From positions 620,001 through 684,000 of the forward strand of contig CP142737.1 of assembly GCA_036630325.1 (NCBI GenBank): a stretch of 64,000 bases of DNA, in the 5' to 3' direction. Position numbers and translations under genes: made by a program. The notes beneath the pieces were generated by a model. It made no database searches and had not been told where the DNA came from. It saw only the letters and a program-made list of their open reading frames with translations. The stretch's first letter is position 1, and each line of letters starts with the position of its first letter. Source of the stretch: Vairimorpha necatrix (lineage: Eukaryota). Of the stretch, positions 11,467-24,559 are shown piece by piece.

Positions 11467-14400
11467 TTAGAGTTTGGTGTCGGCAATGTGAATCCACTCG
11501 TAGACTCCTTTGACTTTGAACCACCTGCCATTCTTACCAACTGATTCTACTAGGTATGGTCCCGTGAACGCCTTTTCCCACTTCTTAGCTAGAAAGTTTC
11601 TTACATACACCTTATCTCCGATTTTTACTTTCTTGATCTTTTTCTTCTCCAGATTCTTCTTCGCGGTCTTTGTTATCTTCTTAAGCCGCACTCTTCCTTT
11701 AGGGTCAAATTGATTATTCCCCGTGACTAGCTCTTCCGGGGCGCAGCCTATTGATCTTCTAAAGTTTTTATTTAATCTAATTTCGATGTTTTCTAGTATT
11801 TTCTCAAGCGGCTCTGATTTGTATAACCTGATTATTTCCGATATAGTGGTATTTGTTCTCTCACAGATGCCATTGCTCTGTGGGTGGTATTTTGGTACAT
11901 GTATGAGATTTATATTATTTTCAATTGCAAAGTTTTTAACTAGATTACTTGTATACTGTGTTCCGTTGTCTGTAATTATAGTTTTAGGATAATGGAACTC
12001 CCTGCACCATTTTTCAAAACACTCGACCACTCTATTGTTTGTGATTTCTCTTAATTTATACACCTTTGTATATCTGGTATAAACGTCGATGATCGTCAAT
12101 ATGAACCATTTTTTATTGTTTATCCTTGATGGACCGTATATATCTGAACATATTTTTTCAAACGGTGTTTTGGCTGTGATTCCCATTTTATCTTCGAGTT
12201 TGTGATAGCTAAATTTTTTGTTATGTTTACAGTTTTGACAACTGCTGACTACCCTTTTAATAATTTCTTTCATTTTGTATATATAGTAATAATCTTTCAA
12301 GTTATAATATAAAACAAACATTCCTGCATGCTTGCTTTTTAAATGCATGCTTTTAATAAAATTTTCACTTTCACTAGACTTTATGTGTAGTTTGTCGTTT
12401 TTCTTAGTTCCCGGAACACCTAAGGTTTCCTTACATACTTCCTTTACTTCCTTTTCATTGTCTGTTTTAATTTGTAATATTTCTTCTGTGGGCGACCGTG
12501 ATAGATGATCCGCAATTACATTTCTTTTTCCCTCTATGCCTTCTAGTGTAAGATTATATTCATTGAGCATCATCTTCCATCTTATCATTCTGCTATTATT
12601 ATTTTTGGCATCAAATAGGCAATTTCTGTTATCGCACATAACTTTAACTGGGTATCCCATGACAATTCCTTTAAAGAATATTAGGCTTTGCAATATTGCG
12701 AACATTTCTTTTTCGACAATTGTGTAGTTTGCTTCGGCGTCGGTAAATTTCTTGCTGTAATAACCTATGCATCCGTGTTGTTGAAACAATACCGCTCCCA
12801 TGGCTTTCTCCGATGCATCAGTTTGTAGACAAAATTCTTCCTCATATTTCGGGGCCACCAGTTTTCCATTTTCATTAATTTCATTGACTAAGGCCCGTAT
12901 ATTTTGCTTCTCGCTCTCTGTTAATTCTATCTTTTGCTCAGCTCCCTTCAGCTTATCAGTTAAATTCATGACTTTGGCACTAAAATTGGGCACGAACTCT
13001 CTGTACCAGTTTAAGATTCCTAGGATTTTCTGTAGCTCCCGTCGTTTTGTTATATCTAACTTTACTAATACTTTACCTATATTACTTACATTGGGCTTTA
13101 TTTCCTTTTCATTTATAATCATGCCTAACATCTCGACTTCTTTAACCGCAAATATACTCTTTTCGAAGTTAATTTTTATTTTATAACTGGATAATCTGTC
13201 TAGTACTTGGTTTAAAATCGTATTATGTTCCTCTTTGGTTAAGGTGTATATTAAAATATCATCAATATATACTACTACATTGGGTATCTCTGCCAATATT
13301 TTATTTATCGTTCTTTGAAATAGTTTGGGGCCTGATTTAATGCCGAATGGGATTCTTGTATATTTGTAAACATTTCCTAAAATTTTAAAACTGGTCAGAC
13401 TCATGGAATTTTCTTCTATGGGTACCTGATTGAATCCGTTTTTTAGGTCGATTTTAGTGAAATACTTTGCACCCTTGACCTCGTTCATCATATCTTTTAT
13501 CTCAGGTAGTAAATCCATTTCATCAACTATATTTTGGTTCAATTCCCTATAATCTACTACTAGCCTTATTTCGTTATTTTTCTTGGCAATGACGAATGCG
13601 GGGCTGCTGTACTTACTTTCACTGTATTTGATAATTTTCTCTTTCAACAGTCTTTTTATCTCCTGCTTAGTTGCATCAAGGTACTTGTGTGGGATCGTGT
13701 ATTTTTTATTTGTCAGTCTTAAGTTCCCTTTGCTGCTCAGTTCAAATGCAATTCTCTTGATTTTCATCTCTTTGAATAACTCATTGTTTTTCATGTATTT
13801 TAATATCTTCGAGGTGTTCTCGGTGCTGACATTCTTTTCGTTTATGGCAAAACATCTTTGCAATAGTAAATCTCTGTTTTCCTCGTATGGAAGTGGTAAT
13901 CCGTTAACCATATTGATAATCCTTTGGTTATTACAGATTGTTTGGGTGGCAAAGTTGAGGATGATTTGATTCTCACTTAAGAATTCTACCCCCAAGATTA
14001 TGTCGGCCGATAGTTCTCTTATTACGTGCAGTCTTGTTGGGTTTTCAATATTTAGACTGCTTATTCGAATGTTTTCTTCTATAATCTCTCCTGACATCTC
14101 CTGGTGTCCGTTACCAAATATAAAGTTTACTCCGATGCCCTTCCTCGTAGTGATCCCTAGTTGGTTCACCTTGTCTACGCTTACTAGGTTTTTAGTGCAG
14201 CCCGTATCCAATATGGCGAGTACAGTCTGGCCGTTAATATACACGGGTAGTTTTACTGTTAGATACTCGGATTTTTCTTTTAAAATTACTTTACAATGGG
14301 AAAACGTAATATCTTTATTGGATTTAAATTCCTCTTTCTTTATTTTGCTACTCCTATCTTCGTTTCTTTTATTCCTACTAAAGCAGTCACTAGTGTTATG

Positions 14401-15201
14401 TGTTCTTGACCTATGCAAGCTACACCATCGATTCATTTCATTTCGTAGCATTGGTTCTCTAACGTCGGTCGAGGTACTTCTGGCTCGATCTAAATCACTA
14501 TGTATTCTAGCGATTAGTTCCTTCTCCAGAGTTATTAGTAAGTGTATAATTTCTTTGACGTTCTTTACACCAGCTTTCATAACATAATCTTTAGTGGCAT
14601 CTGTTAACGAATTTAGGCATACTTCATTAAATCTTCTTTCGTATTCATTCTTAGTATATTTTTCTAGATACGACGCCACTTCTAATTTGATCTGAATTTC
14701 CGTAATCATCTCCTCTATTAGGTCATAATTAGTCTGTTTTATTTCTAGCACTCTTACACCCGCCGAAGAGAATAGGTTTTTTGGATAGGCTATACTTAAG
14801 ATCTCTTCCTTTAATTTCGCGTACGTCTTAGCATCATTTCCATATTGATTTTCATAACCTTCAATTACATTCTGCAGTACTATTAGATTCTCTTCATCGT
14901 TCCATTCTAGTTTATTGCTAATGTCTTCAAATTTTTTAAACCATTTTAACATGTTGGTTTTTTCAATATATTTCACTTTTTCTAATTGTTTAATAATTGG
15001 CTCCTTTAGGCCTTTGATTTTGACTTCAAAGCTGATCATTTCTTTGATAGATTCAGTTTTTATCCTTTTGTTTAGTTTAGGATACAGCTTGGTTAAATTT
15101 AACTTGTGGTATCCATCACTTAAGAACATGTCAAGAATATTAATATTTATTTGTTTGTTAACCGTATTGGTTATTCTTCTTGTTTCCTGTTCTTTATTCA
15201 T
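11467..15201 (-). CDS. Gag-Pol polyprotein (Gag, CHHC knuckle, protease, RT, RNase H, integrase)
   Basis: 1244 aa with WCSLHRSRTHNTSDC, ILDTGC, RIPFG/YIDD, QTDAS/NVIADHLSR, H-H-C-C and SDIYGP/TDNGTQY/SNGICER. Domain order PR-RT-RH-IN is the Ty3/Gypsy order. Confidence 0.97.
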   Translation of the reverse strand: MNKEQETRRITNTVNKQININILDMFLSDGYHKLNLTKLYPKLNKRIKTESIKEMISFEVKIKGLKEPIIKQLEKVKYIEKTNMLKWFKKFEDISNKLEWNDEENLIVLQNVIEGYENQYGNDAKTYAKLKEEILSIAYPKNLFSSAGVRVLEIKQTNYDLIEEMITEIQIKLEVASYLEKYTKNEYERRFNEVCLNSLTDATKDYVMKAGVKNVKEIIHLLITLEKELIARIHSDLDRARSTSTDVREPMLRNEMNRWCSLHRSRTHNTSDCFSRNKRNEDRSSKIKKEEFKSNKDITFSHCKVILKEKSEYLTVKLPVYINGQTVLAILDTGCTKNLVSVDKVNQLGITTRKGIGVNFIFGNGHQEMSGEIIEENIRISSLNIENPTRLHVIRELSADIILGVEFLSENQIILNFATQTICNNQRIINMVNGLPLPYEENRDLLLQRCFAINEKNVSTENTSKILKYMKNNELFKEMKIKRIAFELSSKGNLRLTNKKYTIPHKYLDATKQEIKRLLKEKIIKYSESKYSSPAFVIAKKNNEIRLVVDYRELNQNIVDEMDLLPEIKDMMNEVKGAKYFTKIDLKNGFNQVPIEENSMSLTSFKILGNVYKYTRIPFGIKSGPKLFQRTINKILAEIPNVVVYIDDILIYTLTKEEHNTILNQVLDRLSSYKIKINFEKSIFAVKEVEMLGMIINEKEIKPNVSNIGKVLVKLDITKRRELQKILGILNWYREFVPNFSAKVMNLTDKLKGAEQKIELTESEKQNIRALVNEINENGKLVAPKYEEEFCLQTDASEKAMGAVLFQQHGCIGYYSKKFTDAEANYTIVEKEMFAILQSLIFFKGIVMGYPVKVMCDNRNCLFDAKNNNSRMIRWKMMLNEYNLTLEGIEGKRNVIADHLSRSPTEEILQIKTDNEKEVKEVCKETLGVPGTKKNDKLHIKSSESENFIKSMHLKSKHAGMFVLYYNLKDYYYIYKMKEIIKRVVSSCQNCKHNKKFSYHKLEDKMGITAKTPFEKICSDIYGPSRINNKKWFILTIIDVYTRYTKVYKLREITNNRVVECFEKWCREFHYPKTIITDNGTQYTSNLVKNFAIENNINLIHVPKYHPQSNGICERTNTTISEIIRLYKSEPLEKILENIEIRLNKNFRRSIGCAPEELVTGNNQFDPKGRVRLKKITKTAKKNLEKKKIKKVKIGDKVYVRNFLAKKWEKAFTGPYLVESVGKNGRWFKVKGVYEWIHIADTKL
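15092..15103. promoter_or_regulatory. 12-bp palindrome GTTAAATTTAAC at the PBS position
   Basis: Lies 1 nt from the 5' LTR end (15105); no TGG tRNA-type PBS is present. Confidence 0.8.
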
Positions 15202-17293
15202 CTCGTACCCCTGGATGGATAAAATGTTTAAATATTTATCGGAGGGAAAAGTATTGGACTTGGAGGGAAAGATGTCAAATTTGGAGGGAAATGTTAGTAA
15301 ACATATCGTATGATATTTAGGATATCATAATAGTATTATCAATGGTTTCGATATACTTTAAAAATCTTTTTATTGATAATGTTTTTTTTTGTTAGTAGAC
15401 CCAATTACGGTAGTTATGTAATCTTTTATAGTGCGTAGAACTGATTTTTACAAATAAAGAATCTGATCATTCGTATGTATGAAAAAATATACTAACGTAT
15501 TTCCTATGAATCAAAATGTTTGGATTTAGAGCTATTTCGCATTTTGCACTGAAACGTACCCAGGAAAATTAGAAATTATATTCGTAGCACGAGAAGCCCT
15601 AATAAATGCTCGGTGCGTCAAAATTGTTATCTCAGTTAATATTTATTATTTTTGATTTCTCTCATGTTTTGTTCAGAGTTAATAACTTAATTTTTTACTA
15701 CTATGAATTTTCTTTAAGTTTGAGTAAAAGTTCTTGTATTTATAATCTTTCATATAAAGACTTTGTAAACTCTAGAGACACTTCGTGAGTTGTCATAGAT
15801 TTGTTGGAAATGATATATTTTTTCGCGCCAATGACACAGTTGTATTAAGATTAACAGCCAAGAGATTGATACTTGAGTTTTATTCTATCATTTGCTCATG
15901 AAGAATGTACTGTAATAATATTTAAAAACTGCTTACTCATTATAATTTGATGGTAATTATTTTTCGCCATGCGCGAAGGATAGAGTTAAAAAACGTGTTG
16001 AATTTTCTTAAAGAAAATTAACTTACGTAAACTTGTTTATATTAAAAATGTTTTTTTTGAAATATAGACGTAATTTTGTTGAAATCGAAAAATATAACTA
16101 CCCGCCTTGAGTTTCCTTTATGCACTAATTTTTTTTCATTGTACTGTATTAGAAAATATATAAATTGATAACTGTTAACTATATCTGATTCAGGCATATT
16201 TTATTATTTATATGAGTAGTGCGATGTTTTAAAATATCAATAAAGGCTTCTGTGGCACTAAAAAACAAGTTGCTTATTTTTAGATCATCAATTTTTATTT
16301 TAAAATAGATCATTAGTGTTCAATTCCAAAATATTTGTCATAGTTTGTATTTTGTCTTCCATAATGCACCATGACAAGAAAAATGATCTGGTAGGATTGC
16401 GCTTTGAGGTCTAATTTTGAAGAAGGATTTTACGATCTTGTATAAGACTTTTACTTAAAGCGCTATATGCAGCTATAACTAAAATATAATTATGTATATT
16501 AGAATTTTTCATTAAACTCCTTCTCTGGATTAAGGAAATCAAATTTTTTTAAAATTATTTAATATTAAATAAATTTTTAGGAACTATTTTTTATATAAAT
16601 ATTAATACTTTATAACTAGGATATAAACATTGTTTAGAAAAAATTGTTAATTCATTTACGGTCGTCGATATTAATTAAAGAACGAAGCAACGCAGAAAGT
16701 AGCCATAAAAAGAAATTTAATATCAACTAAGAGACTTCGATAATCTCAAATTTTATTGAAAAGCAAAGATTACATAAAAAATCTTGCAAACATAAAGAAG
16801 ATTTTTTGCCCTATTTTAAAAAAATGAAGGAAAGATTTATGACAAGAGAAGAAATAAAAGCAGTATATAATATTTTGTAGGCAAAATAAAAAAAATTTTG
16901 AGCAGTTTGTAATTATAACGAGGTTACTAAGAACACGGAGTTGTCTTTAAATGTACTTAAAAGTATTGTAAAAAGACGTTTCATATGGTAAGATACTTTC
17001 TTTGATAGACTTGAACTAATCGTTTAATAATTTGGCAGATATTTAATCTAATGATTCTTGGTTTCCTTGCAAGAATATTTGTCAAGTTTCAGGGGTTCTA
17101 AAAATTCTATGTCTTTTATTAAAAAAAATAAACACAGAATAGTACATTAATGCTAAATATTATCCTCTTTGAACAACATAGACGGAATAGATATTGTTGT
17201 AAAATAGAGAAACGAAAATTGGAAAGAATAATATTACAGAGGTAAACTAGAAAGAGGATTCTAATGTTTTGCTATGAAAGCACGATCTATCTA

Positions 17294-18066
17294 TTTTTTT
17301 CTTTGCAAGTAAGATGTAGGGAGAAACCTAACATGGGGACTAGAGAAATTTGAAAGTGATCATTATCCAACTGGTACCGCAAGATTCTTACTCTCTAAAA
17401 CTCCCACCATATAACTTGCCGGAGTATTAATCTCAACAGTATCCATTGGGCTATGTCTTCAAAAGAACACTTTCCATTTATACCGCAAATCGCGTCTAGA
17501 GTGACTTCACAGCGAATATACTTAACGCATGGCCATATATAACTCTAGGAAAACATCATTGTACTAACTCAAAGGTTCCCACAATCATCTGTATCGCATA
17601 CGCGACCACATACAAGACTGGGATTTTTGTTGGGCTGCGTTGAACGCCAGTCTCCCACTAGTTTCGGCCACCGTGTTACAGAATCTTATAGAATAGGATC
17701 CACGAGACCTTCTATTGCCCCACTTTGCCTAGTCTCTTAGTTAGCTCTAGGATCTCACTCTAGAGTGCACCAGCCATGGGCTCCAACTGGGCCGTACATA
17801 TTAGATACTTTTATGTATAATTAAGTCACCAAAGGGCGATTCTGCTTTTTGGCTTTGAGGTGCGTTTCTACACTAGAGGCTAATCTCCTCGTGGCTGGAC
17901 ACACACAAGCTTTTTTGAATCAACTTAATGATAATCGTGAACATTTTATCACCTGAGTTGGTCCAATTGCATCATAGAAAGTAGAAACAATTTTGGTGCC
18001 CCTGGGATCAACCCCAGCTATTGTTCAATCGAAGCATCGCCTGCGACCACTTATTTGAAGGCATCT
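17294..18066 (-). mobile_element. Second, more diverged copy of the tRNA-derived SINE
   Basis: Reverse complement of 2170-2962. T-tract at 17294-17300. Decayed 15-bp TSD AGCACGATCTATCTA / AGCACGGCCTACCTA. Confidence 0.88.
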
Positions 18067-18589
18067 AGCACGGCCTACCTAACGTATAAAGAGGCTTTTT
18101 AATATATATAAAAAAGATAAAAATATATACTTACGGGGTTATACTAAAATTTGTAAGTTTGGAAAGTATCATATTTGGCGATATGTGGATGACTTCTCAT
18201 TTTCTAAAAACCATATTAAGTAAAAAGACATGCTGTATCACACTTTGCACCATCGAGATCAAAATACTGTGGTTCAAATAATCACTATAGAATGCAATTG
18301 GATGCATGAAAAATTTTATGCCTAGTAGAATAAGATTTGTTTATAAAGCACCCCTTTTTATTTAGGTATGTGTGGTATTACCACACGTAAAATTATCTTT
18401 CAAATATTTTGTTCCTCAAAAATATAAAAAGAAATAATTTCTTTACCCCATGCCTTTCAAGAGCAATCAAGAGAAAATAAATAAATCTTTTACAATTAAG
18501 GATTATACTACAGGGATCGATGTATCCAAGTGCCACAGCGTCCTAGAGAACTACCTAGGGACGGGACACATCTCCGTACACGACCTCAA

Positions 18590-18601
18590 GTTGAATTCAA
18601 C
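18590..18601. promoter_or_regulatory. 12-bp palindrome GTTGAATTCAAC at the PBS position
   Basis: 1 nt downstream of the 5' LTR end ...GACCTCA (18588). Confidence 0.8.
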
Positions 18602-21600
18602 GACAAAAAGTGCAAACAACTCAGATGAACATAGAAGTGATAAATACTGCCAGTTCACCAAGCAGGTTCTTGGAACTGAAGAAAAAATTTAAGAAAGAAT
18701 TAAGAAAATCTTTGATGTACGACAAGAATTAGAACTTTCATGGTTTAAAAGATTTGAACACTTATCTAAATGTAATAGCTGGAATGACTCACAGATGGGA
18801 CTAATTGCTTATAGCCTCATACTAGATGAATACTACAAGGATGAACTAGAAAGTACTTCATACTTGCATCCGAAAAGGGAATTACTTGCTATCAAGTATC
18901 CCCTTGAAAACAAAAGACTATACCTAAATAAACTGGAGAACATCAAGCAGAGTAACTTCAGAACTGTGAAAGAATACTTCAATAAGATAACCAAGGATCT
19001 CGAGGCGTATAGCTTTCTAGGACACATGAGCAAAGTCGAAACTGATAGAATAACAGAAGAAATCTTCTTACGAGGGTTAAACCCATATACCGACATGGAA
19101 CTATATGAAGCCGGGATACACAATAGAACACTACGAGAGATCATTCTTCACCTAGAAAGGACTGAATCGGGACTCTTAGTGTATAGTGAGAAAAGTAAGA
19201 AAATGATGCTACCTCAACCCCCCCCCCCCCAAACTAAAGCTCCACTTTAAAGTACTAAATGGTGCACTCACCATAGAAATATATATAACAGTAAAGATTG
19301 CTATTTCCTTAACAACAATAAAGGCATTAAGGGAAAAGAAAACAAAACAATGATATTACGTGAAGAGAACGAACATGAACCCTTAGAACTGATATTAGAA
19401 GGTACTACTCATGGAAACAACATAAATTTATTAATCGATTCTGGATCACCCCGCAACTATGTACGAAGTGATGTAATTAAAGCCTTGATCTATCAGTAGA
19501 AGACCGTAAGCCACTAAGAACTACATTTGGAGATGGTACTCACAGGATCATAAGCAAACAAGCTTTAATCAACGTCACTCTACCAAACAGAAAAAATTAC
19601 CATATTAACTTTAAGATATTAGACAATGCCATTGGTAGAATTTTTGTTAGGAAACGAATTCCTCACTTCATACAATGCTATTTTAAATTATAAGGATCGT
19701 ACAATCGTGCTGGATAACGACATCGTAGTTCTAAGAAATGCGAGAAAAAATATCGACGAAATACTAGAGGATAGGTTAATGGACAATATATGTAGTGTCG
19801 TTCAAGAAGATGAAATAATTAAATATTATAAGTTTTACCAACAGAACAACAACAATTTTAGTCACATTAACAAGTTAAAAGTAGAGTTTAAAATACAAAG
19901 GAACTGAAAAATATGAAGCCAAAAAATTACAGCGTTCCGTTCAAATTTCTGGAAAGGGCCAAAGACGAAATAAATAGACTACTTAAAGACAACATAATAG
20001 AGAAAAGCGAATCACATATCACGAGTCCGGCCTTTTTCCAAGAAAAAAAGAAGACTAATAAACTACGACTTCTCGTAGATTACCGAGAGATAAACAAATA
20101 CATTGGAGACGACATATGGAACATTCCAAATATTGAAGACTCAATTACACTCATGGGAGAAAATTTATATTTTAGTCAAATTGATTTAAAAAATGGGTTT
20201 AACCAATTCTTTTAGAAGAAAATAGCAAAAACTACACGTCATTTTTCTTGTTAGGAAAACAATACCAATATAAAAGAATACCTTTTGGGATAAAACCGGG
20301 GCCGAAAATCTTCCAAAGAAAAATCTCAAACATGCTAGAAGAAATAAGTAACATCTTTGTGTACATTGACGACATAATTATTTTCAACAAAACCAAAGAA
20401 AAATATACTGCGACCCTATTACAAGTACTTCAACGACTATTTGAACACCACATTAAAATTAATTTTGAAAAATCAAAATTCTTTCAATCAGAAGTAGAAG
20501 TATTAGGAAACGTCGTAAAAAGTGATGGAATTTACCCAAAACAGTCTTAATTAGAAAACAAAATCTTCTACAAGGAAATCAAAACACTAAAAGATGTACA
20601 AAAACTATTAGGAGTCATGAACTGGTACAGGAAATTTCTACCTGATTTGGCAATGAAACTACATGCAATTAGTGATCTACTAAAGAAAGAAAACAAAAAC
20701 AAAGCACTCACCCAAGAAATGAAATTAGAGATTGAAAGGATGAAACTACATATCCGCTAAAATCATAAATTATGTTTTCCCAATTTCAAAAAAAATTTAA
20801 ACTCAACTGCGATGCTAGTGAGTTGGGAATGGGAAGCGTATTATACACAGAAGATAGAATCATAGGCTATTATAGCAAAAAAATATGGAGGGCCGGAACT
20901 AAACTATACAATAGTAGAAAAAGAGTATCTCTCAATATTGCTATCAATGATTCACTTTAGAAAAATTACACAGGGATCTTACATAGAAGTCTACACAGAC
21001 AGTAAAAACTGTGTAATGGGATGCAATAAAGTAACTTCAAAAATACTAAGATTGAAGCTAAACATGAATGAATTTGATTACGACCTTTTTCCCGTAGGCG
21101 GCAAAGAAAATGTAATAGCCGACAACTTATCAAGATGCTTTGCAATCACTGAAGAGGAAACCCCTAAAATTAATGAATACATCGCAAGTTTGCAAAAGGC
21201 AAGCCACTACAGAGACGGAGAATATTTACTGGACTCAAGGGGTAGAATCATCTTAAAGGATGCCGAGACAAAAATGTTTTTAAAGAACAATCACGTGTTA
21301 TTTGGTCATCGGGGCATTACCACGATGTATAACAACTTGAAAAATATAGTCTACGTAAAAAACGTCATTCAAAACTTAAAGGGATAAAATCAAAAATTGA
21401 AACTTGTAAAAGATATAAACCACGAAATAACGGAATAGAGACTGAAGGACCCCCTATATCTGCCAACCATAAATTTGAAAAAATAAGCTGCGACATTTTC
21501 GGACCTTTTAAATTAAATGACTACATTTATAAAGGGAAAAGGAGGCAGGATATATCTTGTCCATCACAGACATATATTCTAGATTTACAAGATTATACTT

Positions 21601-22352
21601 CTATTACAATGTTGGAGCAAGTAAAGTCTTAGAGGCTTTAACCCAATGAGAAAGAGATTACGGCAAACCAAAACAAATCATATCTGATAACGGAAAATAG
21701 TACATTGGTAGAGAACTTAAAACATACTTAGACAATACAAAGATCACTCATACACTAATTCCAACCTACAGCCCGAGATCCAATGGAATATCTGAATCTT
21801 TCAACAAACCTATTGCGTTTATCCTAGCAATAAACAAGAAAAGAAACATTCGGCAAATCCTCACCGGCATCGAGGATACAATAAACATGAACCATAATCG
21901 CACCATAGGAACATCGCCCCTTGCAGCCATCAAGCAGTTCTCTCTATTCGATCCCCTACACAACAAAACCACGGTAAAATCACGCCATACATCATTCCAC
22001 CATTCAACGTCAACATAGGAGATTTAGTATACGCCAAAGACCATCACGCTAAAAAACTAGATAAGAAATTTAAAAGGAAGAAACAAGTCACGGAGATAGG
22101 ACGGAAGGGAAGATGGATTAGACTAAAAGGAGATCGCCACATGACGCACATAATAAACGGTAAATTATAGGAGAGGCAGAATGTGGTATTACCACACATA
22201 AAATTATCTTTCAAATATTTTGTTCCTCAAAAATATAAAAAGAAATAATTTCTTTACCCCATCCCTTTCAAGAGCAATCAAGAGAAAATAAATAAATTTT
22301 TACAATTAAGGATTATACTACACAGATCGATGTATCCAAGTTCCACAACATC

Positions 22353-22651
22353 TGTGGTATAACCACATGTTTCTAGAGTGACCAATCAATAAGGAAACGT
22401 CAAACAGTTTCAAAACACGACAATATTAAACAAAGGCTAATAATCCATTACGAAACATTCAAAAGTGGTTGGTGGACCACAACTATAAATCGCAAAATTA
22501 TGTCGTAGACACGCATCCATGAACAGAAACTCAAACACACATTTTACACCTAACAATAAACAAACAAAAACACCTAACAATAAAACAATTAAAAATACTA
22601 AAATTAATTCTATAAGCGTGCTGGAACATTTTTACCAGCACGGATACGTCA
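22353..22651 (+). repeat. Solo LTR inserted in the 3' LTR of the 18371 element
   Basis: TG...CA, TSD ACATC/TCATC. Starts with the hairpin TGTGGTATAACCACA. Encodes MNRNS...SVLEHFYQHGYV. Confidence 0.85.
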
Positions 22652-22926
22652 TCATCCCAGAGAACTACCTCGGGACGGGACACATCCCTGTGCACGACCT
22701 TAGTATGCTTTAAAAAATTCCCTAACTTTTGTGTTTAATGTTCATTTTATCCATTGGTTTAGTCTTAATTTTGATTCATTCACAACAGTTTCCTTTCTCT
22801 ATTTTTGAAAAAAGGGACCCACAACTGCAAAATTGTTAGCTAGTGCTGATTATAGCATGTTTTTTTTATTGATTCTTTTTATATTCAAAAAATATCATCA
22901 TAAAGTAAAAAATACTGAAACCAATG

Positions 22927-22952
22927 ATATATATATATATATATATATATAT
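22927..22952. repeat. (TA)n microsatellite
   Basis: Visible AT dinucleotide run. Confidence 0.9.
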
Positions 22953-24559
22953 CTAGTTCGTAGCTAAGTCAGTAATAAATTTGCGGCAATTGCGAAAGAC
23001 AATGTATGAAAAGTGCAACAAATGGTATATTTGGCTCTTGTAGTATCTAAAACAAACGAATAAGAGCATTTCAAAGTATTTTTTATATGATTTGCAGAAA
23101 AAATTACTAGATATAATATATTTAAGGGTCGCGAAAAAGACATAGTATCTGAGGTTTAGATGAAATCAACTAAACCCAACACGTGATTATGGAAAAATAA
23201 AAATGATAAAAGGCATGACAAAAAAATTTACAACAATCTTACAAAGAAGAGGCTAAATATAAAGAAAGAATTGTTTCGAAGAATTGGACTGTTTAAACAT
23301 CTGGGATTAACAGGGTTATATGATCATTTAGCCTATAAATGAAACTTAAGACTTTTAATTCGAGTGGAATAGCAATTGTTTTACACATAAGTCAAAATTT
23401 AATATAAATACATGAAAATATAATTCCATGAATGATATCTTTAAAACAAGAGGTTGGGCGGTTTTTTATGCGAAGCCAACAATTTTATTACAAAAATAGG
23501 ATAGTCAAAAAATAATAAGTTGTAGTACATGTTATTTTATCAATATTTTATTTATTTTCCTTTCTGCCAAAAATGATTTTTTCAGATTTTTATTTTTAAA
23601 TAAAATTTTGACAAATAGGATACATAAAGGCGATGGGGGAAAAAACACAAATAGTGTTTAGATATAAAAAGAACAAGGAGCTATATTGAAGTCCGAAATG
23701 ACATACAAAAACAAACAGCAATATATAAATCTCTTTTAGTGTGGTACTTTACTGTCGGGGGTGGGGGGTTCCCAGGATTAAACATGACTTACAAACAAAT
23801 TGGAAATTTTATAAATAAAGTAAGGTATAAATTAAGTAAAGATATTGTCATAACTGTTTCATTACACATTAGAAGCATATAAAGAGGTCAAAAATCAAAA
23901 ATATTATTTTCAGTATCACTGAACAAATGAAAACAAATAAAAGAGACGGCTTGCTGGCTGTTTTAAATTTGATTAATTTGTTTTAGTGTCTTTATCTTTA
24001 GATATAGAATTTAGGAAGGGGATAATGAGAAAACATGAAAAACAAATAACTAACGTTTTCAAAAATTTTTCTGTAAACCAGAAACATTAGATCTGTGTAT
24101 ATTTTTCGTAATAACTAAAAAGGTCGCTTTTCCAAGCTTGAATTTCTTGAACTAGAATACATTTGTTACAATATATACATTCAAGTCTTAATCGAAATCT
24201 CCTTTCTTAATAGGGGACTTCTTTATTAGAACCTAAAAAAATAATAAAAAAGGGGCTTCATGACAGCGCTTCAATAACACAACACATTAATATTAAAAAA
24301 AAATTTGTTTAAAATTTATTGTCACAGTTCGGAGAGAACGCCTGTTAGGAGCGGGCGCCAGGGGTAAAAAATTAAAAAATCTTTCTGGTGGGGGGGGGGG
24401 GGGCGAACCAGAAAACGAGAACAAAAAATGTTCAATTCTAATGACTACCATATTTTGTCTCGATTTTTAAAGGGGTATATTTTTGTTTAATTTTCATAAT
24501 AATGAGAGAGATTAACGAAAAAAGGAAAAAATAAAATAAACAAAATTTTTAGTGCTTTA

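Larger units (their letters stand above)
11223..15329 (-). mobile_element. Intact Ty3/Gypsy LTR retrotransposon (4107 bp), palindromic-PBS clade
   Basis: 225-bp LTRs 11223-11447 and 15105-15329 (one difference seen). 5-bp TSD ATAGT. PPT GGGAGAGGCAGAT (minus strand, 11448-11460). Termini TA...CA. Confidence 0.97.
18371..22702 (+). mobile_element. Full-length but decayed Ty3/Gypsy element, palindromic-PBS clade
   Basis: 5' LTR 18371-18588. 3' LTR 22182-22702, interrupted by a solo LTR. TSD GTATG. PPT GGAGAGGCAGAA. Broken gag-PR-RT(YIDD)-RH-IN fragments 18450-22170. Confidence 0.95.

Noticed and set aside
12536-15313. Antisense ORFs over gag-pol (also within 45.5-49.8 kb and 55.3-58.5 kb)
   Set aside because: They are hydrophobic F/L/I/S-rich shadows of A-rich coding strands with no domain signal.
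11206-15990. Possible piggyBac relic (TTAA-CCC at 11206; ...GATAGAG-TTAA near 15985)
   Set aside because: The two ends are not inverted repeats of each other, and no convincing transposase motif was found.
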